DNA from: an uncultured Candidatus Sumerlaeota bacterium
GTDB taxonomy: Bacteria > Sumerlaeota > Sumerlaeia > SLMS01 > JAHLLQ01
Direction: 5' to 3'
Length of the DNA stretch: 64,000 bases
Assembly: GCA_964580585.1 (NCBI GenBank)
Contig: CAZOKZ010000001.1
Span: forward strand, 23,261-87,260
The translations under genes and the position numbers were made by a program. Shown in pieces: positions 55,443-64,000 of this stretch. The notes under the pieces are model-generated. The model did no database searches. It had not been told where the DNA came from and worked only from the letters and a program-made list of their open reading frames with translations. Every line of letters begins with the position of its first letter. Within the stretch, counting starts at the first letter, position 1.

Positions 55443-57692
55443 TCAGAAGTCCGCCTTCAAAACGGCGCCCTTCGCAGCGTTAGTCACCAAGCGACTGTAT
55501 CGTTTCAACCAGCCCTTGGTCACGCGTTGGGGATTGGGAGTCCAATTTTTCCGTCGTTCGGCAAGTTCATCATCGGACACCAGCAACTCGATTTTTTTAT
55601 CATAGATATCGATCGCAATCTTGTCTCCGTTCTGCACCAGACCAATCGTTCCGCCCTCGGCGGCTTCCGGCGAAACGTGACCAATGCATGCACCGCGCGT
55701 CCCACCCGAGAAACGCCCATCGGTAACGAGCGCCACTTGACTGCCGAGGCCACGCCCCATGATGTAACTTGTCGGTGCCAACATCTCCTGCATACCCGGG
55801 CCGCCTTTGGGGCCTTCGTACCGAATGATCACCACATGCCCCGCATCGACTTCCCCCGCCAGAATGCCCTCGCACGCGGCTTCCTGCGATTCATAGACAA
55901 TCGCCGCACCGGTAAATTTCTTCATATTCTCTTCAACGCCCGCCGACTTGACCACGCAACCCTCTGGCGCGAGATTTCCGTACAGAATATTCAAACCACC
56001 CTGTTTTGAATATGCCTTTGGCACCGTCCGAATACAATCGTACGGATCGAACTTGGCGGGTTTGACGGGATAGGTTCCACCGAGTTCGGAAACCGAGCGC
56101 GTCTTCGTCGCCTTTACCATGCCGTCGCCTTCGTGGAACGTCGCTTTTGCAATGGTGGCTCCGTCGTCGGCGAGGCCATCGAACACGAGCACGCCAACGG
56201 GGGACGGAGTCTTTCCACGTTCCCACAAAACCGCAACGGACTCGCCGTCCAGGTCAGCCACACACGCCGCCGTGCCTTGATCGCCGCGATGCAGCCATCC
56301 GTCGATGAATTGGCTGAGCGAAGCGCCCGAAACCGTTGCATCTGTTGTAAATTGGGCACGAACCGCTGCTGAATTTTGCGCATTCCAAGCGGCTGCAAAT
56401 GCCGCCGCCAGCGCCTCGGTTGTTGCCGTCTTAACCAACGTTGTCACGCCACCGGGGATATCTGAACGTGCTCCAGCCCCCTGCATCTTGCCAAGCGCGG
56501 TGTGCAGTTCGCGCACGGACTTGCCTGTCGGCACTGCACCCGACTGGTTCAGCACCAACGCCTCGCGCGCAACCTTCGCGCCGCGAATATCCCAGGCATC
56601 GATATTTTCACCGAGCGTTTTCCCCGTCACCGTCAACACGTTTTCGTTCAACACGCCCGGCATGCCTCGACGAATTTCGCCGAGAATTGTATGAATACCG
56701 CCCGCGTGATGCACGTCTTCGATGTGGTAAGCCGACGAAGGCGAAACCTTGCTGATGTTGGGCGTCGAAGCGGAAATTTCGTTCAGGTCTTTCATCGTGA
56801 AATCGACTTCGGCTTCGCTCGCCACCGCCATCGTATGCAGCACCGTATTTGTCGAGCCACCCATCGCCACATCGAGCACCATCGCATTGTGGAACGCCTC
56901 GCGTGTGGCGATGTCGCGTGGTTTGATGTCCTTATCCACGAGTTCCAGGATCTGGCGCGCAGCACGGCGATACAGCTCAATGCGTGATTCGCTCGTGGCA
57001 AGCACCGTTCCGTTGCCGGGCAGCGCCAGACCCAATGCTTCATTCAAGCAGTTCATCGAGTTTGCCGTGAACATCCCACTGCATGAACCACACGTTGGGC
57101 AGGCAAAATCTTCTAGTGTTTTTAGCTGCGCATCGTCGATTTTACCGATTTTGCGCGCACCGACACCTTCGAATACCGAAATCAAATCCACTGTTTTGCC
57201 GTCCGGCGTTACACCTGCTTCCATCGGGCCACCGCTGACAAAAAGCGTTGGAATATTCAACCGCATCGTGGCCATCATCATGCCCGGCACGATCTTGTCG
57301 CAGTTCGGAATGCAAATCATTCCGTCGAAACAATGAGCCTCGACCACGCTTTCCACGCAGTCTGCGATCAATTCGCGACTCGGCAGGCTGTACTTCATGC
57401 CAAAGTGCCCCATCGCGATGCCGTCATCGACACCAATGGTATTGAACAAGAACGGAACGCCACCCGCTTCGCGAACGGCTTGTTTGACAAACTGGCCGAC
57501 CGCGTCCAGATGTGCGTGACCCGGAATAATGTCAATGTAACTGCACGCAATGGCGATAAACGGCTTGTTTTCGTCGCCATCGACAAAGTTACCCGTGGCC
57601 TTGAGCAGCGAACGATGCGGCGCGCGCTCGAAGCCTTTCTTAACGGTATCCGACCGCATTGCGCGTGGTTTGCCGTTTCCTTGTTCCGTCAT
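55443..57692 (-). CDS. ilvD: Dihydroxy-acid dehydratase with a large internal insertion
   Basis: [53 protein letters not shown] and TDGRFSG; 749 aa. Confidence 0.95.
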   Translation of the reverse strand: MTEQGNGKPRAMRSDTVKKGFERAPHRSLLKATGNFVDGDENKPFIAIACSYIDIIPGHAHLDAVGQFVKQAVREAGGVPFLFNTIGVDDGIAMGHFGMKYSLPSRELIADCVESVVEAHCFDGMICIPNCDKIVPGMMMATMRLNIPTLFVSGGPMEAGVTPDGKTVDLISVFEGVGARKIGKIDDAQLKTLEDFACPTCGSCSGMFTANSMNCLNEALGLALPGNGTVLATSESRIELYRRAARQILELVDKDIKPRDIATREAFHNAMVLDVAMGGSTNTVLHTMAVASEAEVDFTMKDLNEISASTPNISKVSPSSAYHIEDVHHAGGIHTILGEIRRGMPGVLNENVLTVTGKTLGENIDAWDIRGAKVAREALVLNQSGAVPTGKSVRELHTALGKMQGAGARSDIPGGVTTLVKTATTEALAAAFAAAWNAQNSAAVRAQFTTDATVSGASLSQFIDGWLHRGDQGTAACVADLDGESVAVLWERGKTPSPVGVLVFDGLADDGATIAKATFHEGDGMVKATKTRSVSELGGTYPVKPAKFDPYDCIRTVPKAYSKQGGLNILYGNLAPEGCVVKSAGVEENMKKFTGAAIVYESQEAACEGILAGEVDAGHVVIIRYEGPKGGPGMQEMLAPTSYIMGRGLGSQVALVTDGRFSGGTRGACIGHVSPEAAEGGTIGLVQNGDKIAIDIYDKKIELLVSDDELAERRKNWTPNPQRVTKGWLKRYSRLVTNAAKGAVLKADF

Positions 57693-57939
57693 GATTCAAA
57701 CTCCAATCAAAGGGGCATCGGTTATCTGTTATCAATAAGTTGGCTGGCATGGTGCAATAGCACCTTCGCCAAAGGTCAAAAAGCATTTCCCGAGCCATGC
57801 GGATACCGCAAGCCAAAGCAGACGGAGAATTGCAAGCCCACTATGGATTTAGGCAAATGTCAAGAAATCTGGAGGAGCAAAAAAACCGCGACGTCGCAGT
57901 GCCAAAGGACCCTCTGTTTCGCATAGCAACCGAAGCCTC

Positions 57940-58288
57940 GGCAGGCGCTTGGCTGATTCGGTTACGTGTCTTGCAGTTTCCAATGTCATATCGGCGATAT
58001 CGAGCTCGTTTCGCCCCATCATCTTCCGTGTGAAGGATTGTTCGAGTTTCGGTGAAAATGAATCGCGGGATCGTCCAGAGCGTTCATCCACCCAAACGGG
58101 TTGAGGGAAACATGCGTCACCCCATCTTGAATCCATTCTTGAACGTGACAATCCTCAATCGCAGAACCCCCTTCCACACATATACCACGTTGAAAAGATT
58201 GAGGCAATTCACCATCGCAAAATGAAGCCATTGGCAAATTTAACAATTACAAGAAGAAGAAGTTCCAACACCTTTGATTTTTCTTCAT
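57940..58288 (-). pseudogene. Degraded remnant resembling the N-terminus of a GH113-like secreted TIM-barrel protein
   Basis: One frame from ATG 58288 reads MKKNQRCWNFFFL*LLNLPMASF...FQRGIC...GVTHVSLNPFGWM...GR*WGET with in-frame stops, then loses frame. Confidence 0.4.
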
Positions 58289-58370
58289 TAATCTCAACCC
58301 GACAAGATTATTACGAATCAGAATGGGGCATTTTTTCTGTCTGCCAGCCACCCTTCTCCGAACGGGAACT

Positions 58371-58529
58371 TCAAAACTTCTCGACATCCGATTTCGGCTT
58401 CTCTTTCGCTTCATTTTCCGCACTCGAACGCCCAATCAGATACCCCACATAGAAGACTAATCCAACCGCCACAATATGCAATACCCACCAAAGACTCCCC
58501 AAAAATCGCCATGATTCCGGTAATTCCAT
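58371..58529 (-). CDS. Small (52 aa) single-TM protein absent from the ORF track
   Basis: GGAGG/GGAG upstream; MELPESWRFLGSLWWVLHIVAVGLVFYVGYLIGRSSAENEAKEKPKSDVEKF then TGA. Confidence 0.6.
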   Translation of the reverse strand: MELPESWRFLGSLWWVLHIVAVGLVFYVGYLIGRSSAENEAKEKPKSDVEKF

Positions 58530-58619
58530 GTGACTCCGTTCCTCCAACATGAGAATGCCTACCGGGCAGGGGATAGCCTGATGGCAGCGGGGGGCAAAGC
58601 GGAACTTTTGCCAACTCCT

Positions 58620-60029
58620 TTACATGCCTGGAATGCCCGGCATTGTCATCGCCTTCGGATCCAGGATCCGCGCAATTTGCTCGTCTGAAAGCAACCCCTC
58701 TGCCCGAACCAGTTCCACAAGGCTTTTCTCTTCGTGCAACGCCTGTTTGGCCAAACGCGACGCGTTTGCGTACCCGATATGCACGTTCAATGCTGTTGCA
58801 AGACCCATCGATCGTTCGCAATAATCCTGACACCGTTTCCGGTTTGGTGTGATTCCCTCGATACAGCGGTCCGTCAGCGCACGAATCATGTTACCCAGTA
58901 CGTGAATCGAGCCGATGACCTTGTGCTGCATCAATGGCATCATCACGTTCAGCTCCAACTGCCCTGCGCCAACCGCCCATGCAACTGACGTATCGTTTCC
59001 GATTACCTCGAAACAGACCATGTTTGCGCATTCAAGCATCGAGGGGTTTACCTTGCCCGGCATGATTGAACTTCCCGGTGCGACTGCAGGCAAATTGATC
59101 TCCGCCAACCCCGTCATTGGTCCGCTCGACAACAAACGCAGGTCGTTACAAATGCGACTGAGTTCGATGGCCAGATTTCGGAGCGCACTACTCGTTTCCA
59201 CAATCGGACGTTGACTTTGCATCGCTTCGCACATGTTTGGATTCAATGCGAGGTCCTTAATTTCCGTGATTTTCTTCAAATTTTCCAGCATCAATTCCCG
59301 GTATCCTGGCGCTGTGTTGAGACCCGTTCCCGCTGCCGATCCTCCAATACCTAATTCGCGCACACCTGTTCGAGCGGCGGCTATCGAGCGATGGCATCGC
59401 GCCATAGTGTCGCCGTATGCTGCGAACTCCTGACCCAACCGAATCGGCACCGCGTCCTGCAAATGTGTTCGTGCGCTTTTAAGAATATCATCGAACTCCT
59501 CACCTTTCGCTCGGAATGCCTTTTCCAAATCAACCAACGGTTGATGCAGACAATCGCGTAACATCAACAAAATTGCCACGCGCATCGCTGTCGGAAACGT
59601 ATCGTTCGTCGATTGACCGAAATTTACGTGATCGTTCGCCCGTACAGGTGCATTTGCGCCTAATGGTTTGCCTAGAATCTCGTTCGCACGATTAGCGATC
59701 ACCTCATTTACGTTCATGTGAATACTGGTCCCTGCGCCCATCTGGAACACATCGACCACAAACTGATCGCGCAATGAACCCTTCAGGATTTCCCCGCAAG
59801 CCTGGATAATAGCATCGGCATGTGTAACTTCAATGGTTGCAAGCTCCCGGTTCGCTTCAGCGGCGGCTTGCTTCAACATGACATAGGCATCGGTGAACGT
59901 CCCATGATGCCGCAGGCCAGAAATCGGAAAGCTTTCGAGCGCGCGCTGAGTCGTCGTACCCCAGTAGGCATTGGCCGGAATCGAAACTTCGCCCAGTGAG
60001 TCCTTCTCGATGCGAGATGTTTTTTTCAT
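58620..60029 (-). CDS. aspA: Aspartate ammonia-lyase / class II fumarase family
   Basis: RIEKDSLG, GAGTS..MN.NE, QSTNDTFPTA, RTHLQDAVP and GSSIMPGKVNP. aspA versus fumC cannot be settled by eye. Confidence 0.75.
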   Translation of the reverse strand: MKKTSRIEKDSLGEVSIPANAYWGTTTQRALESFPISGLRHHGTFTDAYVMLKQAAAEANRELATIEVTHADAIIQACGEILKGSLRDQFVVDVFQMGAGTSIHMNVNEVIANRANEILGKPLGANAPVRANDHVNFGQSTNDTFPTAMRVAILLMLRDCLHQPLVDLEKAFRAKGEEFDDILKSARTHLQDAVPIRLGQEFAAYGDTMARCHRSIAAARTGVRELGIGGSAAGTGLNTAPGYRELMLENLKKITEIKDLALNPNMCEAMQSQRPIVETSSALRNLAIELSRICNDLRLLSSGPMTGLAEINLPAVAPGSSIMPGKVNPSMLECANMVCFEVIGNDTSVAWAVGAGQLELNVMMPLMQHKVIGSIHVLGNMIRALTDRCIEGITPNRKRCQDYCERSMGLATALNVHIGYANASRLAKQALHEEKSLVELVRAEGLLSDEQIARILDPKAMTMPGIPGM

Positions 60030-60331
60030 CAATTTGCTCCATTTTCCCCAATTTGAATGAGTGTGGTGGGGGATATCATACAGTTTGGCGGTTTAAAATT
60101 ATACTTGCAAAGAAAAAACCTGATTTTCTGCTTGCTCCATATAGGATATATGATACATGTTTTATCCGAATTATGTCGATTGAGGCGAAAAAAGCTGATT
60201 TATCGGATTGATTTGCAGCACAGGCAGCATTACAAAGCCGCCGCATTTGGCGGGAGTTCTCAAAAAACCGAGGCTCGAAAGTTCTAAGGTTCGAAACTCC
60301 ACCCCCCCCGACGGAAACGTGACGCTAAATC

Positions 60332-61615
60332 ATGAATTCGAACTGTTTAGGCCTAAGTCACCGCACTGCCCCCCTTGAACTCCTCGAACAGGCGGGCATT
60401 AATAGCGAATCGATGGTGCCCGTTTTAGAACGCATTCGTCGCGATTCGCCCATCGAGGAAATCGCGGGTCTTTCGACATGCAACCGTACCGAAATTTACT
60501 ACGTCGCTCCGCCTGACTGGACCGGAGCCCGCGAACACGTTCTGAATCGGATGTACGAGCATATCGCGCATGATACCCGCCATGAAATTAACTCACATGC
60601 CTACCAACATACCAGTCAATCGGCTGCGCGCCACTTGCTGCGTCTTGCCTCGGGTGCCGATTCTCTGATTCTGGGCGAGACGGAAATCCTTGGACAAATC
60701 CAAAACGCCTTCCGGCTGGCCGATGAGAACGGCTTTGTCGGCGAGACTCTGCGTGCATTGCTCACACGTTCGGTGGCATTTGGACGTCGCGTGCGGGTGG
60801 AAACCGACATTTGCAAAGGCCATGTGTCGTTTGCTTCGGTGTCGTACGATATCGCGAACGAAGTTTTTGACGATATTTCCAACCGCTGCGTCGTGATTGT
60901 CGGCGCCGGGGAAATCGCCCGAGTAACAGCCCAACACTACTGGTCGCGTGGTGTGGGATCGATGATGATCCTGAACCGCACATTCGAAAAAGCACGCGAA
61001 TTGGCTGCAACTTTTCATGCCACCGCAATGCCTTTCGATCACTTGAACATCGCCCTGGCAAAAGCGGACATCGTTGTTTACGCCACGGGCGCCCAGGAAT
61101 ACCTGATGACCCGCGACGAAGCGGTGCATCTGATGAAAGCGCGTCGAACGACTGTCCCGAAGGTATTTATCGACCTTTGCCGTCCCCGCAACATCGATCC
61201 AGCCGTTGCCGAAGTCCAAGGCATTCGCCTTGCCGCAATGAATGAAATCAAACAAGCCGTTGAAAGCGCCAGTCGCACGCGCGAAGCCGCCCTTCCGGAC
61301 ATTGAATCGCTCGTTGACGTTGAGATTGCCAAGCTGACCGATTGGCTGCATTCGCGCCAGGCATCGAAACTCGTCACCGCCGTTCGCCGCCGGATGGACG
61401 ACATCTGCCAAAGTCATGTGAACCGCTATGGCAAGCAATTCGACGAGCGCCATCGTGCATGTTTGTCTAAGTTTTCACAAAGTCTGCTCAACACTCTGAT
61501 GCACGACATCACGATGAACATTCGCCAGTTGGATATGGATACGGATATCGGAAAACAAGAATTCGATCTTGCCTGCCAACTTTTCAACATCACTCAAGGC
61601 GAACTGGACACCTGA
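60332..61615 (+). CDS. hemA: Glutamyl-tRNA reductase
   Basis: GLSHRTAP, LSTCNRTEIY, SGADSLILGETEILGQ, GAGE, NRT and PRNID. Confidence 0.93.
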   Translation: MNSNCLGLSHRTAPLELLEQAGINSESMVPVLERIRRDSPIEEIAGLSTCNRTEIYYVAPPDWTGAREHVLNRMYEHIAHDTRHEINSHAYQHTSQSAARHLLRLASGADSLILGETEILGQIQNAFRLADENGFVGETLRALLTRSVAFGRRVRVETDICKGHVSFASVSYDIANEVFDDISNRCVVIVGAGEIARVTAQHYWSRGVGSMMILNRTFEKARELAATFHATAMPFDHLNIALAKADIVVYATGAQEYLMTRDEAVHLMKARRTTVPKVFIDLCRPRNIDPAVAEVQGIRLAAMNEIKQAVESASRTREAALPDIESLVDVEIAKLTDWLHSRQASKLVTAVRRRMDDICQSHVNRYGKQFDERHRACLSKFSQSLLNTLMHDITMNIRQLDMDTDIGKQEFDLACQLFNITQGELDT

Positions 61616-61780
61616 TGGTGTAAGAATTCCGTTTCGTTCCGAATCTCTGTCTTGCGCTTCCGTCTCAAGCTTCCGTAACGTAGCCCTGTTACGCCTTAGT
61701 CTTGAGTACTTTCGGCGCTTTTTTTGTCGGGTTCGATTCTCCTTCTCCCGACTGTAACTTCCTTTAGGATTTCCCGACGA

Positions 61781-63535
61781 ATGACGCCCCCGCCAGAACT
61801 CATAAAACTGCGGATTGGGACACGTGGCAGCCGTCTCGCGCTCGCGCAAACCACTCACGTCGCCGAAACGTTGCGTGAGCAGTTTCCCGAAATCGACATT
61901 GAAGTCGTTATTATTCAAACTACCGGCGACAAAATCCTCGATTCTTCTCTATCGAAAATCGGGGGCAAAGGGGTGTTCACCAAAGAAATCGAAGACGCCC
62001 TACTCGACGGTCGAATCGATGTCGCTGTCCACAGCCTCAAAGATCTGCCGACAATCCAACCCAAAGGCCTGTGCCTTGGTGCGATCAGCAAACGCGAGTC
62101 GCCGTTCGATGTATTGATTGCACGCGAACCGCTTGAGATTTCCGCCCTGGGTGCGGAGCATCTTGTTGGCACCTCCAGTCTTCGTCGCCGCGCACAGTTA
62201 CTTCGCCTTAATCCGAACATCGTCATCAACGACTTGCGCGGCAACGTGCCAACCCGTGTTCAACGAATGATCGACGGACAATACACCGCCATTATTCTTG
62301 CTGAAGCCGGTATGAATCGTCTTTCGCAATCAGCGCCATACATTCAACGATTTTCAGCAGAGCAAATGCTCCCAGCCCCCGCGCAAGGCGCTCTTGGCCT
62401 GCAATGTCGCGAAGGCGACGACGCAACGCTCGCCGTGCTGGCGACGTTTCACGACGAGCCAACTGCCGCGTGCTGCAACGCCGAACGCGCACTGCTCCAG
62501 GGTCTCGGCGGAGGATGCCAATTGCCGCTTGGGACGTTGGCGGAAATCACCACCGACGGGAAACTGAAATTGCGCGGATGCGTGGTATCTCTTGCCGGGG
62601 TCCGTTGTATCCAAGACATGGTCGAAGGAGATTGCAACGACCCCGTAGCGTTGGGGCGCGCATTGGCCGAGCGATTGCTCGCCAAAGGAGCGGATGAAAT
62701 TTTGCATGAACTCGGCGTCGATAGTTCCAACACCGGATTCGACGACGCCGTGGCACGCAGCAACGCTCTCGACCGACGTCCTCTCGGTGGACGCAAGGTT
62801 ATCGTCACGCGCGATGAAGACGCCGATGGACCACTGAGCACTGCGATTCGCGATGCGGGCGGCCATCCCGTCTGCTTGCCGCTGATCAAGCACGCTCCGC
62901 CCGAAAACCCTGCTCCGTTAGCCGAAGCTGTCGCACGCATCGACGAATACGATTGGGTCGTCTTCACCAGCGCACGGGGTGTCGAATCGCTTGCTCGACC
63001 ACTCAAAGGCCTCCGTCCCCGCATTGCCTGCGTGGGCAAGGCAACCGCGCGCGCCGTTGAAAAAGCCGGAGGCACCGTAGATTTCGTATCACCGCATTCC
63101 ATGGCTGCCGGGTTGATCGGCGCATTTCAGACGATGACGGATATCGCCGGAAAACGAGTGTTTTACCCACGTGTCGATATTGCGTCCGAGCATTTCAAGG
63201 AAGCGCTGGAAGCAATGGGTGTCGAAGTGGACGACGTGATCGCCTATCGTACGGTTCAAACCGGCGCTCTCGACAGCGTCGTAAACGCTCTTCGTTACGA
63301 TAAACCTCTCGCCATCACGTTTTGCAGCGCGTCCTCCGTCGAGCCCATCGCCAAGTTGATTGCCAATAATAATCGCACCATGTTCGATGATGTGATTATC
63401 GCATCGATTGGTCCTTCAACATCCACGGCTTTATGCGAAGTCAATCTTGCCCCTCACGTTGAAGCAAGCGAACGGTCTTTCAATGGACTTGTCGATGCGC
63501 TTGTTGAACACGTTAAAACTTCTCCGTCCCCATGA
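61781..63535 (+). CDS. hemC: Fused hydroxymethylbilane synthase / uroporphyrinogen-III synthase (HemC-HemD)
   Basis: [41 protein letters not shown], followed by HemD motifs WVVFTS, VG.AT, AYRT and IGPST. Confidence 0.92.
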   Translation: MTPPPELIKLRIGTRGSRLALAQTTHVAETLREQFPEIDIEVVIIQTTGDKILDSSLSKIGGKGVFTKEIEDALLDGRIDVAVHSLKDLPTIQPKGLCLGAISKRESPFDVLIAREPLEISALGAEHLVGTSSLRRRAQLLRLNPNIVINDLRGNVPTRVQRMIDGQYTAIILAEAGMNRLSQSAPYIQRFSAEQMLPAPAQGALGLQCREGDDATLAVLATFHDEPTAACCNAERALLQGLGGGCQLPLGTLAEITTDGKLKLRGCVVSLAGVRCIQDMVEGDCNDPVALGRALAERLLAKGADEILHELGVDSSNTGFDDAVARSNALDRRPLGGRKVIVTRDEDADGPLSTAIRDAGGHPVCLPLIKHAPPENPAPLAEAVARIDEYDWVVFTSARGVESLARPLKGLRPRIACVGKATARAVEKAGGTVDFVSPHSMAAGLIGAFQTMTDIAGKRVFYPRVDIASEHFKEALEAMGVEVDDVIAYRTVQTGALDSVVNALRYDKPLAITFCSASSVEPIAKLIANNNRTMFDDVIIASIGPSTSTALCEVNLAPHVEASERSFNGLVDALVEHVKTSPSP

Positions 63536-63542
63536 GGTAACC

Positions 63543-64000
63543 ATGAAAACTCTTTCGACCGAATCGAGCCAATCTCTCTTTGCAAAAGCCCGCAACTTAA
63601 TGCCCGGCGGGGTAAACTCGCCGGTGCGTGCATTCAAGTCAGTTGGCAGCACACCACGATTTATCGAAAGCGCCGATGGCAGTTGTCTGTGGGATGTCGA
63701 TGGGAACGAGTTGATCGATTACATTGGTTCGTGGGGACCGATGATCCTGGGGCACGGACACCCGGATATCGTTAAAGCCGTCACGCGTCAGGCGGCCATC
63801 GGCATGAGCTACGGCGCGCCGACAAAACTCGAAGTTGAAATGGCCGAAATCATTACCAAAATCGTCCCCTCCATCGAAGTCGTCCGCATGGTCAACTCGG
63901 GGACCGAAGCGACCATGAGCGCCATTCGTTTGGCTCGTGCCGCCACAGGTCGCGATCTGATCGTAAAGTTCGAAGGTTGTTACCATGGTCACGGCGACGC
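63543..64000 (+). CDS. hemL: Glutamate-1-semialdehyde 2,1-aminomutase, 3'-truncated by the window edge
   Basis: GAGG RBS and ATG at 63543; [42 protein letters not shown] and KFEGCYHGH. Confidence 0.95.
   Translation, partial: MKTLSTESSQSLFAKARNLMPGGVNSPVRAFKSVGSTPRFIESADGSCLWDVDGNELIDYIGSWGPMILGHGHPDIVKAVTRQAAIGMSYGAPTKLEVEMAEIITKIVPSIEVVRMVNSGTEATMSAIRLARAATGRDLIVKFEGCYHGHGD

Noticed and set aside
56043-56582. Intein in IlvD
   Set aside because: No C/S start, terminal HN plus C/S/T, or LAGLIDADG motifs.
61726-61752. tRNA or tRNA fragment (GGTTCGATTC T-loop-like)
   Set aside because: No 5-bp T stem, acceptor stem, D arm or CCA can be built around it.

Overview
Gene-dense bacterial chromosomal backbone (about 55 CDS, mid-50s %GC by eye) from a diderm organism, judged from TolB, an LPS-kinase-family gene and PilC. 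Housekeeping genes include gluQ, trpG, nusA, cdaA-cdaR, a DEAD-box helicase, zapB-zapA, ftsY, ruvA, miaA, bcp, ubiX/menG, prfA, tolB, pilC, smpB, xseA, ilvD, an aspA/fumC-family lyase and hemA-hemCD-hemL. I saw no rRNA, tRNA, CRISPR array, integrase, transposase or phage genes. The best leads are: (1) an aldo/keto reductase with an in-frame UGA exactly at the conserved Cys of GLGCMGMS, followed by a stem-loop (candidate selenoprotein or nonsense allele); (2) an HhH/FCL [4Fe-4S] DNA-glycosylase-like domain fused to RadC; (3) a membrane-tethered ECF sigma factor with an internal RBS/ATG and a tandem sigma-less paralog of its ectodomain; (4) a catalytically dead LMW-phosphatase fused to a J-domain; (5) a secreted LIM-like zinc-finger/DA1-type metallopeptidase; (6) an IlvD with a SnoaL-like insertion; (7) a PHP-like pseudoenzyme. 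All family assignments come from motif recognition by eye, not from database searches.
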